The translations under genes were made by a program, and so were the position numbers. Positions 17,967-26,675 of a stretch of DNA of 32,000 nucleotides are shown here, in pieces; position 1 is the first letter of the stretch, and every line of letters starts with the position of its first letter. This DNA comes from Candidatus Brocadia sp. Its GTDB lineage: Bacteria; Planctomycetota; Brocadiia; Brocadiales; Brocadiaceae. Under the pieces are notes generated by a model. That model saw nothing but the letters and a program-made list of their open reading frames with translations, ran no database searches and was not told the origin of the DNA. The stretch is from NCBI GenBank assembly GCA_021650915.1, contig CP091279.1:150001-182000 (forward strand), read 5' to 3'.

Positions 17967-19644
17967 AGGGTTTTTGGCAAAAATACTGTTCTTTTACATA
18001 TTTCCCTTGTTTTCCCCTTTATTTTAGCCTTGTCTGGGCGTACCTGCCTCCCGGCAGACTGTTTTTCTTCGTGTTTTTTGCTTGCTTAGGCGGCTTTTCG
18101 CAACTTTTCGCACTGCTTCCGTGCCTTCTCCTGCAGCACGTTTCCCAGCTTGTGCAAATTCGCAGCTAACACGCCCATTGCACAATATCTTTTAAAGGCA
18201 TGCAGCCCTTTGTCCGGACACCTATCCAAGCCGTGATGCTCCAAACGATTGATATCCGATTCTACCGCCGAGTGCTTGTGCCTTAGCTTCTTAAATGTCT
18301 TACCCGATTCCTCTTCCTGTTCCGCCTTATTCTTCTTGCCCTTCTTGGGAAGGATTACCTCTGGTATATACAAACTCAGCAACTCTTTATTCTCTTTCTT
18401 GTAAAAACCTTTATCAAAACTTATACTCTTTATTGTGCCTTCTCCGTAACGGCTCAACAACCTATCTGCCAATGGAATTACCAACGATACATCCGCCTGT
18501 TTTTCTCCTACCACATGGTCCACGATGAAACCCCACTGATCGCTTGCTACCAGAATATTATGTCCCAACTCTACCCTTTTGTTTGACTTGCCTTTGTACA
18601 GCCACTCCGTATGCGGCTCAAACAACGAATGAACCTTTTCTGCCGCCGGTATTACCTCATCCCGGATCACCCTTCTCTCCACCAGGTCTATCTGTTTATT
18701 CAACATCCCGTGAAAATACTCCAGTGTCCCTATTTTCCCTGCATGCTTGTCTACCTGGTTCGTCGTTAGCACCTTTTCGTAGATGGCTAACAGACTCGCT
18801 CCTATCTTTTCACTCAAACCCCTCGATAATTCCAAGTAACTCCTCACATGCTCTTCCTTGTTTTTCCCCCCGCTGCTTGACGCCTTTGCGCTTATCCTCA
18901 TCAGCTTTTTTAACTCTCTCCTCCAATATTTGCTCTTGCGCCATCCTTTCCCCGCCAGGATGCCTTCCTCTATTGCATCCTCTATCATGTCCAGACTCTT
19001 GCGTCCCGCATCCCACAATAAATTCATATCGGTCGGAAAGTGTACATTCGTCTCTAACACATACGTATCCACCTTAATACACAGTCCTTCGTCCTTTTTT
19101 TTAACCAACTGATGCCCCGATGATATCACCACTTCATTTATCTGCCTGAGGGTCTCCTCATCCAACAATCTTATATTGTCCTTGATGCTCTGCATCGAAA
19201 AAACCTTCGCCTCTCCAAATGCCGTCTCAACCCCCATTATCTGCCTGATAAGTTTGTGATGGTTGGCAAAATCCTCCAACCTGTCATAATCGGCATCTAA
19301 CCCTAATCTTACCACCGACAACACCAAAATATGCCATAAATCCATCCCATATCTTCCCGTCTTTTTCTTCCCCTTCGTTACCTTCGCCTCTAATATCCGG
19401 AATACCTCCTCGTTCAACTCCGGTGTAACATAGATATGTTGCAACGCCCTCAGTATCGGTGGTAGCTCATCTCGACTCTTTATTGGCAGTTTTACCCCTG
19501 AAATGGGTATGATGCCAAGCTTCAATTGCTGCTCAAATCTCTTTCTCATCTTCTATCGAATGTCCTTTGGCTAGTGGGTTAATGAACCGAATATTTGGAC
19601 TCTTTATACCCAGAATCCCTTCATTTTCGCCATATTTTACCCTT
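17967..19644 (-). mobile_element. IS element carrying the 487-aa DDE transposase (boundaries tentative)
   Basis: Candidate imperfect terminal inverted repeats are agggtttttggcaaaaat (17967-17984) and attttcgccatattttaccct (19624-19644). The match is weak, so the ends are uncertain. Confidence 0.3.
18086..19549 (-). CDS. DDE transposase, IS4/IS5 superfamily (resembles proteins annotated as ISNCY family)
   Basis: 487 aa. 'KVDTYVLETNVHFPTDMNLLWDA', 'ISFDKGFYKKENKELL' and 'HSAVESDINRLEHHGLDRCPDKGL..FKRYCAMGVLAANLHKLG' follow the DDE_Tnp_1-type D, D, E layout. Confidence 0.8.
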   Translation of the reverse strand: MRKRFEQQLKLGIIPISGVKLPIKSRDELPPILRALQHIYVTPELNEEVFRILEAKVTKGKKKTGRYGMDLWHILVLSVVRLGLDADYDRLEDFANHHKLIRQIMGVETAFGEAKVFSMQSIKDNIRLLDEETLRQINEVVISSGHQLVKKKDEGLCIKVDTYVLETNVHFPTDMNLLWDAGRKSLDMIEDAIEEGILAGKGWRKSKYWRRELKKLMRISAKASSSGGKNKEEHVRSYLELSRGLSEKIGASLLAIYEKVLTTNQVDKHAGKIGTLEYFHGMLNKQIDLVERRVIRDEVIPAAEKVHSLFEPHTEWLYKGKSNKRVELGHNILVASDQWGFIVDHVVGEKQADVSLVIPLADRLLSRYGEGTIKSISFDKGFYKKENKELLSLYIPEVILPKKGKKNKAEQEEESGKTFKKLRHKHSAVESDINRLEHHGLDRCPDKGLHAFKRYCAMGVLAANLHKLGNVLQEKARKQCEKLRKAA

Positions 19645-19700
19645 TTACCCGAAAAAATTCAATGACTTTCATGAACATTTTTCACCAGCTTCTCCTTACT

Positions 19701-20144
19701 TTACAGGGCTCTGGGGGGTTTCCGTTCAAACACTATATATTTCGCAACTTTGCACAGATTTTCATCAGCAGAGACAAAAAGCCAATCATCCTCGGAAATT
19801 AGACTGAAACAGCCCAGATGTAATGCGTCTAATGTTCTAAGTCCGTGATACTTTCCATAACCTTTTAATAGATATTCTGCTTCACGTATAATTATTTCTC
19901 CCAGTGGTTCAATATTGAAATAAGTAAACGCTTCCCCAAAACCTTCAATTGCCTCATTTAATATTGTTCCATCTATTTCATTGTTTCTAAACCTTCTATA
20001 TAAAGCACTGATAAATTCCAATCGAAATAGATCCAAAACCCAAATTTTATTCTCTTTTGAATTTATTAGTTTTGTAACTATCGTTGTTCCCTCTTCTTCA
20101 TGGAAATATTTTACAAGCGCCGATGTATCGAAGAATAGATTCAT
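19701..20144 (-). CDS. vapC: PIN-domain VapC-type toxin
   Basis: All four acidic positions are recognisable (FFDTSALV, RLEFISAL, RTLDALHL, FVSADENL). It has a 4-nt overlap with the upstream small ORF. Confidence 0.8.
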   Translation of the reverse strand: MNLFFDTSALVKYFHEEEGTTIVTKLINSKENKIWVLDLFRLEFISALYRRFRNNEIDGTILNEAIEGFGEAFTYFNIEPLGEIIIREAEYLLKGYGKYHGLRTLDALHLGCFSLISEDDWLFVSADENLCKVAKYIVFERKPPRAL

Positions 20145-20359
20145 ATCCTATCTTCTCTTAGTAACAATATATCGTCACTCAATGAGCCTTTGCATTGCTT
20201 TAGAATATTTCTAACCTTTATGTAGACAGGCCCGCCTTTTGTTTTGGCCTTATGTTTTTTTTGTGGCGATTTAAGAGAAATTATCATTTCGTATATCTTC
20301 ATCATTTCAGAAGGGCCTAAAGATTCTAACTCTTTTATTGCTTGCTCTTTTATTTTCAT
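20141..20359 (-). CDS. VapB-like antitoxin
   Basis: This 72-aa ORF is translationally coupled to the PIN gene and has the C-terminal 'GSLSDDILLLREDRI' typical of small PIN-partner antitoxins. Its ATG overlaps the stop codon of the aminotransferase gene (20356-20359). Confidence 0.5.
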   Translation of the reverse strand: MKIKEQAIKELESLGPSEMMKIYEMIISLKSPQKKHKAKTKGGPVYIKVRNILKQCKGSLSDDILLLREDRI

Positions 20360-21477
20360 ATCAATACCTCCTTAATACATTTTATTACCTTCACTATTTG
20401 TTCCTCTGTCAGGGTAAGCCCAGATGGCAAATAAAAGCCATATTTACTGATATTTTCTGAAACGGGAAGGCTTTCCTTCCTGAACCATGGAAATTCCTCG
20501 AACACGGGCTGCGTGTGCATGGGATAGAAGAAAGGGCGCGTCTGGATTCCTTTCTCTGCCAGCCTTTTCATGGCTTCCTGTGCATCAAGTCCCGGAGCGC
20601 TGTTTAAAACAACCCCATACATCCAATAGGTGTTTTTAGCCCATTCCTTTTCGACGGGTAGTTTTATTACCTTCTGTTCTTCAAGTGGTTTTAAAAGCCT
20701 GTTGTACGTTTTGCCAATCCATATCTTCTTTTTAACACTCTCCTCAATTCTCTCTGTTTGAGCGAGCCCTATTGCCGCCTGGATATTGGTCATCCTGAAA
20801 TTAAACCCAAGATTATAGTGTACAAATCTTCTTTCAGGAACAAAAGACAGATTTTTCAGTTGTCTCAATCTTTTATCAAGTTCTTCATTGTCGGTAAGGC
20901 ACATCCCGCCTTCGCCTGTTGTTATCACTTTGTTTGCATAAAAGCTCGCACAGCTTATATCTCCCAGGTTTCCACACCTTACGCCTTTATACTCAGAGCC
21001 TATGGCCTCCGCAAAATCTTCTATTACATAAAGATTATGTTTCTTTGCTATTGGCAATATTTTATCTGCATCTACCGGATGACCGTAAATGTGAACTATC
21101 ATAATAGCCCTTGTTTTGTCGGTTATCTTTTCTTCTATTTTCGAAATATCCATATTCCACGTATCAGCCTCAGAGTCGACAAATACGGGAATAAGATTGT
21201 TATAAACGCAGGCAAGGGCACACGATATTATGGTAAAAGAAGGAATTATTACCTCACTGCCTTCAGGCATATCTAATGCCCTTAAAGCGAGTATCAAGGC
21301 ATTGGTTCCATTGTCTACTGCAATTCCCTGTTTTCTGTTTACATAGCTTGCGAATCTCTGCTCAAATTCTTTGATAAACTTACCTTCGGACGAAATCCAT
21401 CCGGTTTTTAACGCCTCGTTTACATATTCCATTTCTTTTTCAAGAATTAGTGGCTCATTAACTGGTATCATTTGCAT
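20356..21477 (-). CDS. DegT/DnrJ/EryC1/StrS-family PLP-dependent sugar aminotransferase
   Basis: 'AVDNGTNALILALRAL', 'HIYGHP' and 'SFYANKVITTGEGGM' (PLP lysine) are present, and the 373-aa length is typical. Confidence 0.9.
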   Translation of the reverse strand: MQMIPVNEPLILEKEMEYVNEALKTGWISSEGKFIKEFEQRFASYVNRKQGIAVDNGTNALILALRALDMPEGSEVIIPSFTIISCALACVYNNLIPVFVDSEADTWNMDISKIEEKITDKTRAIMIVHIYGHPVDADKILPIAKKHNLYVIEDFAEAIGSEYKGVRCGNLGDISCASFYANKVITTGEGGMCLTDNEELDKRLRQLKNLSFVPERRFVHYNLGFNFRMTNIQAAIGLAQTERIEESVKKKIWIGKTYNRLLKPLEEQKVIKLPVEKEWAKNTYWMYGVVLNSAPGLDAQEAMKRLAEKGIQTRPFFYPMHTQPVFEEFPWFRKESLPVSENISKYGFYLPSGLTLTEEQIVKVIKCIKEVLI

Positions 21478-21935
21478 TCTTCTACCCCTTCGAATCTCTC
21501 TTTATCATCTAAACCCACGTAAGGACCCTGTTTTATCTCTATCATGATTGTATCTTCGAGGAGTTCAAAGCCATGACCCCCTCCGCATAAAAGGATAATA
21601 TCACCTTCATTAAGCATTTCTGAATCGACGTATGTTTTTTCATTTTTATAAAAATTGACTTTTACTTTACCTTTCTTTAACAGAATGACCTCATGGGTAT
21701 AAAGAATCTCCCGTTTGTTTATTTTATGTTTATGAGGTTTAATAATATTTCCCTTTTTGTGCGGTAAATAACCAAGTTGCTGGGAAAAACTGTCAGGGGT
21801 AAAAAAGCGAATAGTATTGCTTGTAAAACTGTTCCGTAGTACTACGGAATAAAGTTCACCCTCATGATACAGATATTCCAATCCTTCTTCTGTGATTTCC
21901 TTTATCATTAAGTATGTATCTCCTTTAGTATTCAA
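21468..21935 (-). CDS. Cupin-fold protein, possibly a sugar-nucleotide isomerase/epimerase (WxcM/FdtA-like role)
   Basis: 155 aa with a 'KPHKHK...HEVILLKKGKVKV...GDIILLCGGGHGFE' beta-barrel pattern. It is operonic with the aminotransferase. The function is inferred from context only. Confidence 0.4.
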   Translation of the reverse strand: MNTKGDTYLMIKEITEEGLEYLYHEGELYSVVLRNSFTSNTIRFFTPDSFSQQLGYLPHKKGNIIKPHKHKINKREILYTHEVILLKKGKVKVNFYKNEKTYVDSEMLNEGDIILLCGGGHGFELLEDTIMIEIKQGPYVGLDDKERFEGVEECK

Positions 21936-24022
21936 CTACCCGGTAAAGAAAGACGAAATTCATCTTTATATAGACCGATATTTTCCATAGGAATGCGTTG
22001 AAAACCCAACTTATAAGCTGGAGAGTCATCCTTTAACTGAAAGTTCAACTTAGTTGGATTTACAAAGCAAGGATCTTCATTCACAAAGTTATTCTGGATT
22101 TTAACGATTTCTTCGTTTACACCATCACGTAGATCAAGCCATTTTCCACCGGAAGCAATATTGCATATTACTTTGTTACCCTCCGGAATAGCAGGATTCC
22201 CGTCATAGAGTGTGATGATTTCAGGATATTTATTAGCATAAGGGGGAAATTTGTATTTTATCATCATTAACCTGCCTGTTAAAGTAGTATCAGTTCCGTC
22301 GAAGTATTTTTTTGCCCATGGCTTCCTAATACCACGGGCATCCACATGAATTGCTGCAATTGAACAACTGACAAAAATATTGTTCTGAACGATATTATCA
22401 CGACCACCTCCAATAACCACACCCCTTTTTCCTTTATAGATTACATTGCCAAAAACTGTTGTACCACTGGCAAAGTCATCAAGATAAATTGCCTGCACAT
22501 CACCTGATCCAAGGTCATGGAAATAGTTATAACGTATGATGTTGCCCCGCTCCGAGTAATCACGCCCCATATAAAAGGCGCCTGCATCGTTGGTTTCCAT
22601 ACATACATGATGAATTTCGTTATATTCAATGATATGCTCATTCCCATTGAGTATGATCGCGCTGTGGGGTGAGTCATGAATAAGGTTATTCGAAATTCTA
22701 TTACCTACACCACTTATTTTGATTGCTGGACGGTAAGTACTGACCCAGCGATTGTAATTATGGATATGATTATTCGTTGCATAGTTGTTAGCTGATGTTA
22801 GTGTTAATCGGTCTCCTCCATTAAGGACAATGCCGCCATCGCCGCATGCATAAATATCGCATCCAGTTACTCCGTTTTCTGTTCCACCGGTAATTTTGAC
22901 TGCCACATTGCCAATATTTCTTAGTGTGCATCCTGCTATACGATTATTGCTGCCGCCCGTTATTTCAACGGCGTTACCCCGACAAATAGCGATTTCTAGA
23001 CCTTGCAGCGTAATATATGAAACGTCTTTCATTTGAATTAATGTATCTGTTAATGAGACATAGGTTTTCCCTTCGCTCAATGGCCCGGGCGGCCAGAAGT
23101 ACAGGATACCGGTTTTACGGTCCAAGTACCATTCCCCAGGTTCGTCAAGTTCTTCTAAAATATTTAATGCGTAATATCTCTTCCCCACAGAGTATCCATA
23201 GACCCCGTGCGGTTCACAGGTAGAAACCTCTTTCTTTACAGTATCTATAGTTTTGACTGTCTCGTAGGAATCTGCCCAGTCCCACGTCCAGTATCCATGC
23301 AACCAGATATCTTTGGTATCCCGCCAATGTTCAGGGCGGTCGCCGTCATACGTGAATTTCCCGCCTTTCTGTCCCGCCGGTACACCAGCGATTTTTACCC
23401 AATCATTATTTGGCCAGCGTGCTAACTGCATGGGTTTGTCCTGAAAGAAGAGTTCTATTCCCGCTGGATACACGGGTCTGCCCATACCACGGGGTTTCAT
23501 CTCCCCAAAGTCTTTGATGCCTTGCGCCTTTAGATTGACCTGCACTATTTTATCCCGGTATGGTGATTCAATTCGCTTAAGAATCGCCGGGTCGTCAATG
23601 GGTTTAAAGCCGGTGATTTCCTTACCCCCGATTAGTTTCACCTTTTCATTGTTATACGCACGGTATACAATTGACGTCTTTTCTGAGCCGCTATCCCACT
23701 TTGTAAGCTCAAAGGGCTTTGTGAGATGATACGTTCCGCTGCGTATATTTACCGTTACAACGCCGGTTGGTAATTGTTTTTTCTGCTTCAGGGCATAAAT
23801 AACATCACGGGCTTTTTCAATGGTTGCAAAGGGTCCGTCTGTATTATTGGCATTTGCTTCAGGTAATTTGCCGGAATATTTATCACTGCCGTCTTTTGAG
23901 ACATAGAATGCAATGCCTTTTGGGTTATCCTGACCGGTTAGCGGTGTAACGGAATTTAAAATAACAAAAACGCATAGTGATGCTAACCAGTAAAATCCAG
24001 ACTTCAAATTTATTCTCTCCAT
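21932..24022 (-). CDS. Secreted right-handed parallel beta-helix repeat protein (pectate-lyase-superfamily fold; polysaccharide lyase/hydrolase candidate)
   Basis: It has an N-terminal signal-like segment (FYWLASLCVFVILNSVTPLTG). It also has repeated turns such as 'NRIAGCTLRNIGNVAVKITGGTENGVTGCDIYACGDGGIVLNGG...NNHIHN...NNLIHDSPHSAIIL'. Confidence 0.75.
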   Translation of the reverse strand: MERINLKSGFYWLASLCVFVILNSVTPLTGQDNPKGIAFYVSKDGSDKYSGKLPEANANNTDGPFATIEKARDVIYALKQKKQLPTGVVTVNIRSGTYHLTKPFELTKWDSGSEKTSIVYRAYNNEKVKLIGGKEITGFKPIDDPAILKRIESPYRDKIVQVNLKAQGIKDFGEMKPRGMGRPVYPAGIELFFQDKPMQLARWPNNDWVKIAGVPAGQKGGKFTYDGDRPEHWRDTKDIWLHGYWTWDWADSYETVKTIDTVKKEVSTCEPHGVYGYSVGKRYYALNILEELDEPGEWYLDRKTGILYFWPPGPLSEGKTYVSLTDTLIQMKDVSYITLQGLEIAICRGNAVEITGGSNNRIAGCTLRNIGNVAVKITGGTENGVTGCDIYACGDGGIVLNGGDRLTLTSANNYATNNHIHNYNRWVSTYRPAIKISGVGNRISNNLIHDSPHSAIILNGNEHIIEYNEIHHVCMETNDAGAFYMGRDYSERGNIIRYNYFHDLGSGDVQAIYLDDFASGTTVFGNVIYKGKRGVVIGGGRDNIVQNNIFVSCSIAAIHVDARGIRKPWAKKYFDGTDTTLTGRLMMIKYKFPPYANKYPEIITLYDGNPAIPEGNKVICNIASGGKWLDLRDGVNEEIVKIQNNFVNEDPCFVNPTKLNFQLKDDSPAYKLGFQRIPMENIGLYKDEFRLSLPGS

Positions 24023-24024
24023 TT

Positions 24025-24272
24025 AGCTTCCCGATTACCACAAGATTACTCACGATTATGGATTTTAATCCAAGAAACCGAGAGGTCATCGTGAGGCGAG
24101 ACTTTAGCTTCTCGATTACCTCTAGATTACTCTCGATTCAGGTTACTTAGCCTCTCGATTACCTCTAGATTACTCTCGATTCAGGTTACTTAGCCTCTCG
24201 ATTACCTCTTGATTACTCACGATTAGAAATTTAAGCTTTTAATCCTGGAAATCGTGAAGTAATCGTGTGGCT
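24025..24272. repeat. Repeat array flanking the 3' side of the GxxExxY gene: an about 85-95-bp block (24025-24118), three tandem 43-bp units (24109-24236) and a second block copy (24192-24272)
   Basis: The unit ctctcgattacctctagattactctcgattcaggttacttagc is repeated head to tail. The blocks contain the stem-loop ctcacgatt...aatcgtgag. Confidence 0.85.
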
Positions 24273-24645
24273 ATAATATCTCCGGATTTTTTACGTATTT
24301 CCTCTTTACCTCAACGCTCTTACCAAAGTTGATCAATAAACCCACTTCTATGCCTGTTGCTTTTAAATAGTTTTTGAGCTGTATTTCATGAATATCGCCG
24401 ATCTTTTCCAGCGCCTTTAATTCTAATACCACTTTATTCTCGACAATAATATCTGCGAAATATTCGCCAACATTTCTATCTTTATATAAAACTGTTGCTG
24501 GTCTTTGTGATTCAGCCTTTAATCCTTTTTCTCGTAATTCCACGAGCAGCGCATTTTCATATACCTTTTCCAGAAACCCGCTTCCCAGGGTATTGTGCAC
24601 TTCAAAGGCACTGCTTATAATCTGCGACGTCAGGTCGTCATGCAT
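24271..24645 (-). CDS. GxxExxY-family protein (PDDEXK_3, PD-(D/E)XK nuclease superfamily)
   Basis: 124 aa. 'LGSGFLEKVYENAL' carries the G-x-x-E-x-x-Y motif. 'ADIIVENKVVLELKA' carries D...E-x-K. 'QLKNYLKATGIEVGLLINFG' is the typical C-terminus. Confidence 0.85.
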   Translation of the reverse strand: MHDDLTSQIISSAFEVHNTLGSGFLEKVYENALLVELREKGLKAESQRPATVLYKDRNVGEYFADIIVENKVVLELKALEKIGDIHEIQLKNYLKATGIEVGLLINFGKSVEVKRKYVKNPEIL

Positions 24646-24654
24646 TTAAGTTTT

Positions 24655-24790
24655 TTTAACCTCCCGATTACCCACGATTCAAGTTACTTAGCTTCCCGAT
24701 TACCTCTAGATTTCTCACGATTAAAACTTTAGGCTTTTAATCCAGGAAATCGTGAGGTCATCGTGAGGCTAGACTTCAGCCTCTCGATTA
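24655..24790. repeat. Repeat block flanking the 5' side of the GxxExxY gene (partial 43-bp unit plus third copy of the about 95-bp block at 24690-24790)
   Basis: By eye, 24690-24790 aligns in direct orientation with 24025-24118 and 24192-24272. Confidence 0.8.
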
Positions 24791-24816
24791 GAATTTATGC
24801 TCTTAAACAAAGAAAT

Positions 24817-26637
24817 TTAGTTTGTTCCAAAAACAAAAGTTGCTGTTTCTATGGGAATATTTTGACTAAAATCTGCCACAAATCCTCTTGCCAATTTTAA
24901 AGCATTATCAATACTGCTTTCTTTGCAAGGTATATCAAGCCGAATCATGAGACTCACCCTATCACTGTTGTCAAGCAAAGAAAACCATATTTCTTTTACC
25001 TTCTCTTCCATCCAATCAACAACATTGTTATCAACACACACCCAATAGATTACTAAAAACCCATCATTTCCCTTCTCGGTATAGAAGCTGCGCGCTTTAA
25101 GAATACGGCTTCCTGCCTGGGCAGGTAAAGCAACGTGGAACTCGGTGTCTGCTGAGTCTTTTATCTTAAATCCAGCGCCGTTAGCGCATATCCTGGGGTT
25201 GTGGAAATTACCGGCATCCACCATGGTAAAAAAGATATTTTCTCCGTTTGTATTAGTATATTCACGCGTAATGCTCTGTTCAATAAACTGGTTCATTTTT
25301 TCCTCTAACTCTAAATCCCAATCCTGCCGCGCATCAACTCCATGCCAGCCCTTAATCTTATAAGGTATTTCTAATTGGGAAAGGATGTCCTGACTGACGT
25401 ATTTTGTTTTTTTTGTGTTTGCACCAGGAGATGCAAAGCAAAAGATAATGGTGAATAACAATAATGCGGTAGTTATATATACCTTCTTGTTTCTATATCC
25501 CTTATTTAGTACTAGTTCATCCCCCTCATCTACACCCCCCCGCCAGGAGTGCGTGATTTTTCCACCCCCTGCGCCCCCGCCAGCGGGGGACAGTTCCTCC
25601 CTCTGTCCCCCTCCATGAGGGGGGATGTGGGAAGTATTTGGCTTGTGTTTCCCCAAAAAATATTCCAAACACATCAATCCCAGTGTGATAATTACAATCA
25701 TAACAATCCCGCTAAAATTATGAAAGAATCCCTGCCCGGCAGCTTCGCCAAAGTAATACGTAATAAGACACAGGATAATTATCCGAAAGAGATTGCCCAG
25801 AAGGGCAAAAGGGATTATTGAGGAGGCCAGGATAACTTTTTTAGAAAAGTCGGCCTTGCTTATGAATACATAAACCAAACCTGCAGAAACCATGGTGATG
25901 AGAGAACGAAAGCCACTGCAGGGCTGTCCTATAAATAGCTCATTATTACCGATAGACAGTAAAAGCCCTTCTCTTGTGATGGGATACTGGAAAGTTTTTA
26001 AGAGTGCCTCTGTTGCGATAGAAATGCCATGACGCATTGGGAGGGTAATACTATCTATAATACCAATAGGAAGAGGTACAAGGAGTATGAGGTAGAGAAT
26101 GGGGAAAGATAAGGCCTTTGTTATTTCCAATCCATAAATACACAACATTAGTCCGTACAAAACCGGGATTAAAGAAAGGGTGGTAAAAAAAATATAATCC
26201 TGACGCCGGCCAAAGACAAATATCGATATTCCAAAGAAAAGAATGAAAATGCCCATGAAATTGCTTGTGAGGTGTAACAATTCACTCCCTTCCACCAAGG
26301 GCAGGGAATTTTTCCACCCCCTGCACCCCCGCCAGCGGGGGACATTTCCTCTCCCTTGCTCCCCCTCAGTGAGAGGGACAAGAGGAATGGGGTTAAGCGT
26401 TTGGAGGTGTTCTCTTAACAGGGTACGTTTGCGCCATACGAGCCAAAGGAACACCGGCATGATAAAATAGGCATGGGTATAATCGGAGCTTGCCCATCGT
26501 CCCTGATAAAGGGCAAAGAAGACGGGGGCGTAGAGCGTCGCTACGAGTATCCAGGGCAAATAATGTTTTATATTACCAATGGATGGAATTACATTTTTCA
26601 TGTTATTTTCACTTTGAAGGATAATTTTATTTACCAT
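24817..26637 (-). CDS. Exosortase fused to a C-terminal EpsI-family domain
   Basis: 606 aa. The polytopic N-terminal domain contains 'IGQPCSGFRSL' (exosortase Cys motif). The C-terminal soluble domain has 'IKGWHG' and 'FHNPRICANGAGF' (EpsI-like). The real start may be M13 (26601). Confidence 0.85.
   Translation of the reverse strand: MVNKIILQSENNMKNVIPSIGNIKHYLPWILVATLYAPVFFALYQGRWASSDYTHAYFIMPVFLWLVWRKRTLLREHLQTLNPIPLVPLTEGEQGRGNVPRWRGCRGWKNSLPLVEGSELLHLTSNFMGIFILFFGISIFVFGRRQDYIFFTTLSLIPVLYGLMLCIYGLEITKALSFPILYLILLVPLPIGIIDSITLPMRHGISIATEALLKTFQYPITREGLLLSIGNNELFIGQPCSGFRSLITMVSAGLVYVFISKADFSKKVILASSIIPFALLGNLFRIIILCLITYYFGEAAGQGFFHNFSGIVMIVIITLGLMCLEYFLGKHKPNTSHIPPHGGGQREELSPAGGGAGGGKITHSWRGGVDEGDELVLNKGYRNKKVYITTALLLFTIIFCFASPGANTKKTKYVSQDILSQLEIPYKIKGWHGVDARQDWDLELEEKMNQFIEQSITREYTNTNGENIFFTMVDAGNFHNPRICANGAGFKIKDSADTEFHVALPAQAGSRILKARSFYTEKGNDGFLVIYWVCVDNNVVDWMEEKVKEIWFSLLDNSDRVSLMIRLDIPCKESSIDNALKLARGFVADFSQNIPIETATFVFGTN
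25556..25624. repeat. GC-rich hairpin repeat, copy A (inside the exosortase ORF)
   Basis: atttttccaccccctgcgcccccgccagcgggggacagttcctcc...ccccctccatgagggggg contains the palindrome CCCCCGC-CA-GCGGGGG. It is about 85% identical by eye to 26308-26378. Confidence 0.8.
26308..26378. repeat. GC-rich hairpin repeat, copy B (inside the exosortase ORF)
   Basis: It has the same orientation and the same core palindrome as copy A. The minor ORF 26169-26381 reads it as ..SPAGGGAGGGK.., identical to the host-frame reading of copy A. Confidence 0.8.
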
Positions 26638-26675
26638 GAAGAAACCACACCTGTTGTGAATAATGTTTGAAATAG

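Noticed and set aside
24109-24236. Possible CRISPR array (regular 43-bp periodicity)
   Set aside because: The units are contiguous tandem repeats with no unique spacers between them, and no cas genes are present.
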